Positions 35,823 to 43,341 of a stretch of DNA of 64,000 nt are shown piece after piece. Numbering within the stretch: position 1 is the first letter of the stretch; each line of letters begins with the position of its first letter. The stretch is from Clostridia bacterium (GTDB taxonomy: Bacteria; Bacillota; Clostridia; RUG12999). The notes beneath the pieces were generated by a model. It ran no database searches. It saw nothing but the letters and a program-made list of their open reading frames with translations, and had not been told where the DNA came from. The stretch is from contig JAZNOL010000048.1 of assembly GCA_045580815.1 (NCBI GenBank), forward strand, positions 49,357 to 113,356. The letters are read 5' to 3'. The translations under genes were made by a program, and so were the position numbers.

Positions 35823-37769
35823 ATGATATTTACACAAAAGATAGGGAATATAAAAGATATTTTGCAAATTGATAAGCGCAAAGGAATTGTCGGCATAATA
35901 CTGGCGGCAGTTGCAATGGTAGTGTGTGCCATATTTGGCGCATGGGCAAGAAGCATTGCGTACGGAATACTGTTTACAGCAATCGGATTTGTAAAATTTG
36001 ATGTTAAAAAAAGCTGGGTACAGTGGTTGATGTACGGCATTTGGGTAATGATAGTTGCAATTGTAACCTGGTATGCACCTGCATCTATGGTCAATGCATT
36101 AAATGGCATTAATATATCAATCAGACCGCTAATATTGAATTTTTTGTGTATATTTATGGTGTGGATGCTTGTGTTTGCAATTAGTGCAAAACCAATAGTT
36201 TCGGCAATTATTGCATCGTTTTTGCTGTTTGTTCTGTCCACAGCAAACGGATTTATTTACCTGTTCAGAGGAAAAGAACTTGGTTGTCTTGACATTCTTT
36301 CGATGCCTACAGCAATGAACGTGGCGGGAAACTATACCTACATTATTTCACCACAAATGGCATATAGCTGGATGTGTTGGATGTTTTTATCCTTTTTAGG
36401 TTTTTCTTTACCAAAACTTAAAAGAACTAAAAAAATACGTGAACGACAGATTGCTCTTGGTGCAGAAATTGTTATCATTCTTGTATTATGGTTCGGATCG
36501 GGCAATATTCCGATAAAAACATGGGATAACGAAGGGTCGCGTTTTAACGGATATTATCTCAATTTCTATTTGGGAATACGGGACTATGCAGTAGAAAAAC
36601 CCAAAAATTACAATGTAGACACCATTCATCAGATGTCGCAGAAATATGCAAACACGGACGCAGCCGGTCAAATTGAGAAAAAACCTAACATAATTGTTAT
36701 CATGGACGAGTCTTTTGCAAATTTGCGTATTTTAGGTGATGTACAAACGAATATGCCAGTCACTCCTTTTATTGATTCTTTGTCAGAAAATACCGTGCGT
36801 GGATATGCTCTGTCATCGGTATACGGCGGTAATACTGCAAACTCGGAGTTTGAGTTCTTAACAGGACATTCGATGATGTTTCTTCCGTCAAACTGTGTGC
36901 CGTATCAACAGTATATCAACAAAAAAACTTATAGCATGGCATGGCAAATGAGCTCTTACGGATATAAAAGTGTAGCAACACATCCGTACTATGAAAACGG
37001 ATGGTCACGAAACACTGTTTATCCTAATTTTGGCTTTGAGGAAAGTGCTTTTATTGAAGAGTATTCTCTTGACAATCCTATGCGTGATTTTGTAAGCGAC
37101 AGACAGATGTTTGAGTATGTTATAGAAAAACTCAACAACAAAACGCCCGGAGAGCCGTTGTTCTTGTTTGGAATAACAATGCAAAACCATGGTGGATATG
37201 ATTATGTTGGCGAACATTTTGAAAATACTGTTGAGCTGGAGGGTTTAAGCGGAGAATATCCCAAAGCAGAACAGTATCTCAGCTTGATTCGCGAAACGGA
37301 TATGGCGGTAGAATATTTAATTAAAGAGCTTGAAAATTATCAGGAAGATACTGTGCTGTTATTTTTCGGCGACCATTTCCCGGGTTTAGAGCCCGAATTT
37401 TATGAAGAAGTCCATGGCTCGTTTGACACTTTGTCCGACCAGATGCTTACATATAAAGTTCCGTTTATTATATGGGCTAATTATGATATACCCGAAAAAA
37501 CCGTGGAATGTACAAGCATAAACTACTTGTCGGGACATTTGCTCCAAACAGCCGGATTACCGCTTTCGCCGTACCAGCAGTTTTTAGCCGATGTAGAAGA
37601 GGTTGTTCCGGCAGTAAGTGCAACAGGATACTATTCTTGCGAAAAAGGGGAGTTTGTTGCATATCACGAAACCTCCGGATATGAAAAAGAATGGCTTGGC
37701 AAGTATGATTCTTTAGTGTACAATGGAATGTTTGATGCTAAAAACAGGAATAATATATTTTTTAAATAA
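35823..37769 (+). CDS. LTA-synthase-family protein (polytopic N-terminus + extracellular sulfatase/phosphoglycerol-transferase domain)
   Basis: Multiple N-terminal TM segments, then NIIVIMDESFANL...GGNTANSEFEFLTGHS...FFGDHFPG, typical of the LtaS/sulfatase-fold domain. ATG 35823 follows AGGGGG. Confidence 0.8.
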   Translation: MIFTQKIGNIKDILQIDKRKGIVGIILAAVAMVVCAIFGAWARSIAYGILFTAIGFVKFDVKKSWVQWLMYGIWVMIVAIVTWYAPASMVNALNGINISIRPLILNFLCIFMVWMLVFAISAKPIVSAIIASFLLFVLSTANGFIYLFRGKELGCLDILSMPTAMNVAGNYTYIISPQMAYSWMCWMFLSFLGFSLPKLKRTKKIRERQIALGAEIVIILVLWFGSGNIPIKTWDNEGSRFNGYYLNFYLGIRDYAVEKPKNYNVDTIHQMSQKYANTDAAGQIEKKPNIIVIMDESFANLRILGDVQTNMPVTPFIDSLSENTVRGYALSSVYGGNTANSEFEFLTGHSMMFLPSNCVPYQQYINKKTYSMAWQMSSYGYKSVATHPYYENGWSRNTVYPNFGFEESAFIEEYSLDNPMRDFVSDRQMFEYVIEKLNNKTPGEPLFLFGITMQNHGGYDYVGEHFENTVELEGLSGEYPKAEQYLSLIRETDMAVEYLIKELENYQEDTVLLFFGDHFPGLEPEFYEEVHGSFDTLSDQMLTYKVPFIIWANYDIPEKTVECTSINYLSGHLLQTAGLPLSPYQQFLADVEEVVPAVSATGYYSCEKGEFVAYHETSGYEKEWLGKYDSLVYNGMFDAKNRNNIFFK

Positions 37770-37828
37770 TAGTTTTGAAGCATAAATTCAACAACAAGGC
37801 AGTATACATAATTGGGTAGGTGAACAAA

Positions 37829-38356
37829 ATGAAAACAATTGTAATATATAAGTCAAAATACGGCTCAACAAAAGCATATGCACAGTGGATAGCCGAAGAG
37901 CTTGGCTGTGAGGCGGTAGAATCAAAATCGGTTAAAGCCGAAAATTTAAATTCTTATGACACAATTATTTATGGCGGCGGTTTATATGCAGAAGTAATAG
38001 GCGGAGTCAATCTTATTACCAAAAATTTTGAAAAGCTTTGCAACAAAAAACTTGTTGTTTTTACAACAGGGCTCACTCCTGCCGATTGCCGTGATTATTA
38101 CGACAAACTTGTTATAGAAAAAAATTTCAAGCCGCATATGGTTAACCGAATAAAAATGTATAATTATCCGGGCAAAATGATTGTTGATGAACTGTCGCTC
38201 GTTCATAAAACAGCAATAAAAACACTTAAAAAAATCATGTCATCAAAAGAAAATCCAACAGAAATGGAAAAACTGTTGATTGATTTGTGTGATGCCGATG
38301 GCGATTTTACAGACAAATCTTTAATAAAAGACCTTGTGGAATATGTAAAACAGTAA
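37829..38356 (+). CDS. Flavodoxin-domain protein (HemG-like)
   Basis: MKTIVIYKSKYGSTKAYAQWIAEELG N-terminus; 175 aa. Confidence 0.75.
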   Translation: MKTIVIYKSKYGSTKAYAQWIAEELGCEAVESKSVKAENLNSYDTIIYGGGLYAEVIGGVNLITKNFEKLCNKKLVVFTTGLTPADCRDYYDKLVIEKNFKPHMVNRIKMYNYPGKMIVDELSLVHKTAIKTLKKIMSSKENPTEMEKLLIDLCDADGDFTDKSLIKDLVEYVKQ

Positions 38357-38397
38357 AAAAATACTGCCAATTAAAAATGATTGGCAGTATTTTTTTG
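38355..38397 (+). terminator. Rho-independent terminator
   Basis: A7-ATACTGCCAAT-TAAAAATG-ATTGGCAGTAT-T7. Confidence 0.85.
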
Positions 38398-38406
38398 TAA
38401 AAACTA

Positions 38407-38435
38407 TTGAAATTAATGTCGTATTATGATATAAT
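38407..38435 (+). promoter_or_regulatory. Sigma-A promoter for the MATE gene
   Basis: TTGAAA (38407-38412), 17-nt spacer, TATAAT (38430-38435). Confidence 0.65.
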
Positions 38436-38499
38436 TATATAGTTGCTTTGTCAGAAAAATTTGGATAAAAATTAAAAATATAGATTTGAGGTAAAAACT

Positions 38500-39873
38500 G
38501 TGTTAAAAAGACTTTCTTCACCTACGGATATGACTATGGGCAAACCGTGGAAAAGTATACTCATGTTTACATTGCCGATGCTTATAGGCAACATTGCACA
38601 ACAGCTTTACAATACCGTTGACAGTATTGTTGTAGGCAAATGCGAGGGCGACAATGCTCTTGCTGCAGTTGGCAGTGCCGGACCGCTTCTTAATATGTTG
38701 CTTGTGCTGTTTATCGGTATTTCTGCCGGAGCAAGCATAATGACAGCTCAGTATTTTGGGGCAAAAAACCGCGAAAGCCTGTCTTATACAATCGGCAACT
38801 GTATCACAGTTACGGCAGTTGCATGTATCGGACTTATTGTAATAGCCACGCCGCTTATACACCCTGTGCTTGCTATGTTAAATACACCGGACACAATTAT
38901 TGACTGGTGTGCAGATTATCTGATGATTTCCCTTGTGGGCATGGCAGGATTGGGATACTATAACATTTTAAGCGGTATCATACGCGGTCTTGGCGATTCG
39001 TTTTCTGCACTTGTTTATCTGCTTGTTGCAACGGTTATAAACATTGTTCTTGACCTTTACTTTGTTGCGGTGCTTAAAATGGGCGTTCCCGGTGTAGCAC
39101 TTGCAACGGTTATTGCACAGATTGTATCGTCAATCCTTTGCCTTATAAAGCTGTCAAGAATGGCAGAACATTTCGATTTCGGTTTAAAATATCTCAAACC
39201 GAAAGCATCATATGTAAAAACCATCATACGTCTTGGTATTCCATCGGGACTTACACAAGCAATTTTCTCTTCGGCAATGATAATTGTGCAGTCGCCTACA
39301 AACCAGTTTGGAGAACTGTTTATCGCGGCAAACGTTGTAATTATGCGTGTTGACGGATTTGCCATGATGCCAAACTTCTCGTTTGGTATGGCACTTACAA
39401 CCTATGCAGGGCAAAACGTTGGAGCAAAACTTTATGACAGAGTTACGCTGGGTGCAAAACAGGGCACACTTCTGGCTGTTGGCTGTTCAACAGCAATTAC
39501 AGGAATTATACTGCTGTTTGGTAAAGGGCTTATGGGCATTTTCACCGACACAGCCGAACTTGTTGATATGAGCTATTATCTTATGAAAATTCTGGCGGCA
39601 GGTTACATAGCCGTTGCGGTTACACAAAGCCTTTCGGGAATTATGCGAGGTGCCGGCGATACAATGACACCAATGTGGATAAGCCTTATAACAACTGTTG
39701 CGGTGCGTGTTCCCATAGCATACGGAATTTCGTATTTAACAAGAACACCCGAGCGTCCTTACGGTATAAACGAATGTATTCAGATTTCGCTTCTGCTTTC
39801 GTGGATTTTGGGCGCAGTGCTTACAGCAATTTTTTACAAAATAGGTAAATGGAAAACAAAAGCAATTAAATAA
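38500..39873 (+). CDS. MATE-family multidrug/toxin efflux transporter
   Basis: 12 TM segments. N-terminus GKPWKSILMFTLPMLIGNIAQQLYNTVDSIVVG. GTG start 7 nt after GAGGT. Confidence 0.88.
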   Translation: MLKRLSSPTDMTMGKPWKSILMFTLPMLIGNIAQQLYNTVDSIVVGKCEGDNALAAVGSAGPLLNMLLVLFIGISAGASIMTAQYFGAKNRESLSYTIGNCITVTAVACIGLIVIATPLIHPVLAMLNTPDTIIDWCADYLMISLVGMAGLGYYNILSGIIRGLGDSFSALVYLLVATVINIVLDLYFVAVLKMGVPGVALATVIAQIVSSILCLIKLSRMAEHFDFGLKYLKPKASYVKTIIRLGIPSGLTQAIFSSAMIIVQSPTNQFGELFIAANVVIMRVDGFAMMPNFSFGMALTTYAGQNVGAKLYDRVTLGAKQGTLLAVGCSTAITGIILLFGKGLMGIFTDTAELVDMSYYLMKILAAGYIAVAVTQSLSGIMRGAGDTMTPMWISLITTVAVRVPIAYGISYLTRTPERPYGINECIQISLLLSWILGAVLTAIFYKIGKWKTKAIK

Positions 39874-39876
39874 TAC

Positions 39877-39915
39877 AAAAGACAGCGATAAAATCATATT
39901 TTATCGCTGTCTTTT
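39877..39915 (+). terminator. Rho-independent terminator of the MATE gene
   Basis: AGACAGCGATAAAAT-CAT-ATTTTATCGCTGTCT-TTTT. Confidence 0.85.
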
Positions 39916-39944
39916 ATGTGCGAAAATTCTTCCTTTGGTATATA

Positions 39945-39973
39945 TAAAAACCGGCGGGTAAAATACCCGCCGG
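39945..39973 (-). terminator. Terminator of WG-repeat gene 1 (minus strand)
   Basis: CCGGCGGGTA-AAA-TACCCGCCGG; on the minus strand it is followed by T5. Confidence 0.75.
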
Positions 39974-40091
39974 AGTAAGGTGATTAATTACTGTGCAGAA
40001 AAAAGTAATTCTAGTTATACGCTGTATTAGCACTTTTATAGTGTAATTAGTAGGATGTTTTAAAAAATGTTATGTGTAAATAAATTAATTT

Positions 40092-41426
40092 TTAGTCTTC
40101 AAACGTGGGATAATAGTAAACCTCATCAACACCAGAAATAATTTCTTTTCCATTTTTGTTTATAACTGATCCTTCTCCGTATTCATTAACAACTTTTGCG
40201 TAACCGTCATCACTCATTGTCGAAGCATAACCGTACATACACGAATTTACAAAATTACCTTTTTTATCTATATAGCCCCATTCATCATTTACCTCAACAC
40301 GTGCCAATCCACTATCAGTAAAACCGTAAGCCGTGTCAAATTGAGGGTTAATTACAATTTTACCACTTCTATTAATATATCCGTATTTATTTCCTACTTT
40401 AACATATGCAAGACCGTTGCTGGCAAAATTTCCCACAAACCAATCTTGAGGTTCTATTACAAAATTACCTTTTTTATCTATAAAACCATATTTATCATCT
40501 ATCATAACACGTGCTAATCCGTTACTAAAATCATCGGCAGAATCAAATTGAGGTGCTATTGCATAGTTACCTTTTTTATCTATATATCCCCATTTATCAT
40601 CTAAGCTAACACATGCCAATCCATCGTCCGAAAAACTATCGGCAAGGTAAAATTTTGGATTTATAACAAATTGGCCGTTTTTATTAATATAACCGTAATT
40701 ACCTCCTAATTCAACGAGTGCCAAACCATTACTTGTAAAATCTTCCGCATCTTCGAACTGAGGGTTTATTACAACATTACCTTTTTTATCAATATAACCG
40801 TATTTGCGAGCGGCGGAACGAATCCTTGCTAACCCGTTTGAAAAATCATAAGCTGCAACAAACTGCGGTTCAATTACCCAAGTACCTTTTTTATCTACAT
40901 AACCCCACCTTTGATTTCCGGAGCTAACGACTGCTGCTAAACCATTGTTTGTGAAAGACAAAGCATAAAGAAAATGCGGTTCAATTACCCAATTACCTTT
41001 TTTATCTATATAACCCCACATTTGGTTTCCGGAGCTAACGACTGCTGCCAGACCATTGTTTGCGAAAGGCAAGGCAACATTAAACTGTGGTTCAATTACA
41101 TACTTGCCGGTTTTGTCTGCATATCCCCATTTATCATTGATTTTTACAGGAACTAATCCCTGGCTAAAGAAATTGTTGTTTTCTGATTTGTCAGATGGTT
41201 TGAAATGCGATAATGCAAATAAGATTACGATTGCTAATATTGCAATAAAAGGAATAATCAAAAACAAACCATGTTTTTTCTTTTCGGCAATATTTTTATT
41301 GGGTTGTTCTGCAATTACAGCGGTATTCTCAATTGGTTGTTCGGTAGATATTTCAGTAACAGTTGTTACTTCTTCTGCAGGTTCTGTGGTTATTTCTTCG
41401 ATTTTTACATTTGTTTCTTCGTTCAT
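40092..41426 (-). CDS. Membrane-anchored WG-repeat (KWG/WG_beta_rep) protein, paralog 1
   Basis: Acidic N-terminal tail, one TM (GLFLIIPFIAILAIVILFAL), then about 10 repeats of ...(K/N)(W/Y)G(Y/F)I(D/N)K(K/S)G..VI.PQF... The second ATG (41426, MNEETN...) has AAAGGA 8 nt upstream and aligns with the paralog's MNDETN start. Confidence 0.8.
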   Translation of the reverse strand: MNEETNVKIEEITTEPAEEVTTVTEISTEQPIENTAVIAEQPNKNIAEKKKHGLFLIIPFIAILAIVILFALSHFKPSDKSENNNFFSQGLVPVKINDKWGYADKTGKYVIEPQFNVALPFANNGLAAVVSSGNQMWGYIDKKGNWVIEPHFLYALSFTNNGLAAVVSSGNQRWGYVDKKGTWVIEPQFVAAYDFSNGLARIRSAARKYGYIDKKGNVVINPQFEDAEDFTSNGLALVELGGNYGYINKNGQFVINPKFYLADSFSDDGLACVSLDDKWGYIDKKGNYAIAPQFDSADDFSNGLARVMIDDKYGFIDKKGNFVIEPQDWFVGNFASNGLAYVKVGNKYGYINRSGKIVINPQFDTAYGFTDSGLARVEVNDEWGYIDKKGNFVNSCMYGYASTMSDDGYAKVVNEYGEGSVINKNGKEIISGVDEVYYYPTFED

Positions 41427-41670
41427 TAATGTCATCCTTTCGTTTTTTGTCTCATTGCCAAATAATTAATTGCTTTGATGTCTCCTTTCAATACAACAAA
41501 AAAGTGCGCAGCCGAAGCTACGCACGAAAAATACATAGCTCCGATTTGCTGCGACACAAAATTCTACATTTCCTATTCAAATAGTATGCGGAAAAAGAGC
41601 CTGTATTTTTACCGAAAGGTAAAAAAATACACACTACTGAAAAGGAAAAGAATATTGAATTTTATGTCGC
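41427..41670 (-). promoter_or_regulatory. ~245-nt 5' leader of WG gene 1 with long-range P1-like helix and internal intrinsic terminator (candidate riboswitch/attenuator or sRNA)
   Basis: The predicted TSS is ~41670, 7 nt after the -10 box. A 13-bp helix forms between GCGACAUAAAAUU (41670-41658) and AAUUUUGUGUCGC (41563-41551), enclosing ~95 nt of hairpins. The terminator follows at 41525-41496. A possible alternative pairing GGAGCUA/UAGCUUC competes with the terminator 5' arm. Confidence 0.45.
41496..41525 (-). terminator. Intrinsic terminator inside the WG gene 1 leader
   Basis: Minus strand: GUGCGUAGC-UUCG-GCUGCGCAC followed by U6, ending ~70 nt upstream of the start codon. Confidence 0.65.
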
Positions 41671-41676
41671 AAGTCT

Positions 41677-41705
41677 ATTATAACACAGACTATTGTATTT
41701 TGCAA
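41677..41705 (-). promoter_or_regulatory. Promoter of WG gene 1
   Basis: Minus strand: TTGCAA (41705-41700), 17-nt spacer, TATAAT (41682-41677). The same architecture and near-identical sequence occur upstream of WG gene 2. Confidence 0.7.
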
Positions 41706-41745
41706 TAGAAAATTTGAAATTTGTTGACGTAAAAAAGTGCATACA

Positions 41746-41871
41746 AAAAGAGCCTGTCTCTTTAAACAAGTTATATGCATTAATATTAAAAATGTAGGGG
41801 CGATGATTACATCGCCCCTACATAAAAAATTATTTTTGCATCAATTTATGTTTAATAAGACAGGCTCTTTT
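41746..41871. repeat. 126-nt nested-hairpin element, copy A
   Basis: Outer arms AAAAGAGCCTGTCT (41746-41759) / AGACAGGCTCTTTT (41858-41871). Inner perfect hairpin ATGTAGGGGCGATG-ATTA-CATCGCCCCTACAT (41792-41823), flanked by A/T runs. It starts 8 nt after the stop of the upstream oxidoreductase gene. Confidence 0.8.
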
Positions 41872-41878
41872 ATATTTA

Positions 41879-43165
41879 TTAAAATCCAACCAATCCTTTA
41901 ATATTTACAGGCAAGCCCGAAGGGATTGATTTGTTTGCAGCAACACCTGTTAAAATACTCATTGCACCGTCAATGTGTGATGCAGCTCTGTTGAGCGGGT
42001 CGTATTCTGGAACGCCGAAAATGTCGTTGAGAAGCACAGGGTCTCCGCCGCCGTGACCACCCTCAAGTTGAGGAATTTCAACTTCGTACGGTTCGTCAAA
42101 CATAGGATAAACTATGATGCTTTTTGATTTTGCGGCACCCTCAAGGCTTTTGTTGCCTGCACCGTTAACATAGACAGTTTCGCCTACTTCAAGTTCAAGA
42201 CGACCTTTTGTGCCGGTAAACACTACTCTGAAACCCTCACGAGGTGAAAATGCAGTAAGTGAGTACGACATAATTGCGCCCGATTCATAGCGAACAAGCA
42301 CACCCATTGTATCTTCAATGCTGATATCATCGGCAAAAACGCTTCTGTCACGGATATATCCGTCGTCCTGTTCTGGCTTAAGATACAGGTTTTCGAGGTT
42401 TTCGTTACCCTCCATAACAAGTGCAAAGGGGTCACCTTTTGCGTTTTCATAGCCGTGAACACGGGGATAGAATTTTGTTACGCCTCTGTTTTCGGCGTTG
42501 TCTCTGCCGTAGAACAGCAAATCACCGTACGCAAACACCTGTTTAGGACGTGTGCCCAACCAGAAATTCACAAGGTCAAAATGGTGAGTTGATTTGTGCA
42601 CCAAAAGTCCTCCGCTGTTGCGTTTGTTGCGGTGCCATCTTCTGAAATAGTCAGCACCGTGAGATGTGTTGAGCATCCATTCAAAATGAACAGCTTTAAC
42701 ATCACCGATAGTGTCATTCATAATAAGCTCACGCACCTTGGAGTTGTGGGGAGCATAGCGGTAGTTAAAAGTAACACGCAGGTTTTTGCCTGTGCGCTTG
42801 ATTGTGTCAATAATTTCCTGACATTTGTCGTTGTCAATTGTCATGGGCTTTTCGCTGATAACATCACAGCCCAGTTCCATTGCACGGATGATATATTTGT
42901 GGTGAGTTCTGTCAATAGAAGTAACAATAACATAATCGGGTTTCTGTTCTTCAATCATTTTGTCAAACTCGTCACTCATATAAAGAGCAACTTCAGGATA
43001 ATTAAAATCTTTCATGAGGCTGTCTCTTGCGTATTCAAGACGTGATCTGTTAATATCACAGAACGCTGTGATTTCAGATGTTTCTGAAAAGGTTTTTGCT
43101 ATTGCCTGGTAGAAAAACTGTGCACGGCTGCCAAGACCAACCTGTACATATCTTTTTTTAGCCAT
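41879..43165 (-). CDS. Gfo/Idh/MocA-family oxidoreductase
   Basis: N-terminal Rossmann segment (RYVQVGLGSRAQFF) and the family's C-terminal alpha/beta domain. ATG 43165 follows AAAGGAGA. Confidence 0.85.
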   Translation of the reverse strand: MAKKRYVQVGLGSRAQFFYQAIAKTFSETSEITAFCDINRSRLEYARDSLMKDFNYPEVALYMSDEFDKMIEEQKPDYVIVTSIDRTHHKYIIRAMELGCDVISEKPMTIDNDKCQEIIDTIKRTGKNLRVTFNYRYAPHNSKVRELIMNDTIGDVKAVHFEWMLNTSHGADYFRRWHRNKRNSGGLLVHKSTHHFDLVNFWLGTRPKQVFAYGDLLFYGRDNAENRGVTKFYPRVHGYENAKGDPFALVMEGNENLENLYLKPEQDDGYIRDRSVFADDISIEDTMGVLVRYESGAIMSYSLTAFSPREGFRVVFTGTKGRLELEVGETVYVNGAGNKSLEGAAKSKSIIVYPMFDEPYEVEIPQLEGGHGGGDPVLLNDIFGVPEYDPLNRAASHIDGAMSILTGVAANKSIPSGLPVNIKGLVGF

Positions 43166-43299
43166 AATGATGTCTCCTTTCGGCATACGCCGTTTAATTT
43201 TCATTACTATTATAGCATGCCAAAATTTTGCTGTCTACTCTTTTTTTGTCCACTTTTGGCAAAAGTATAGTCTTTTTTTGACATCTTCTGATTTTTTCA

Positions 43300-43331
43300 T
43301 AAAAAAACAGGCGGGTGTGAAAACACCCGCC
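43300..43331 (-). terminator. Terminator of WG gene 2
   Basis: Minus strand: GGCGGGTGT-TTTC-ACACCCGCC followed by TGTTTTTTT. The stem is related to the WG gene 1 terminator (GGCGGGT...ACCCGCC). Confidence 0.8.
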
Positions 43332-43341
43332 AATATGGTTA

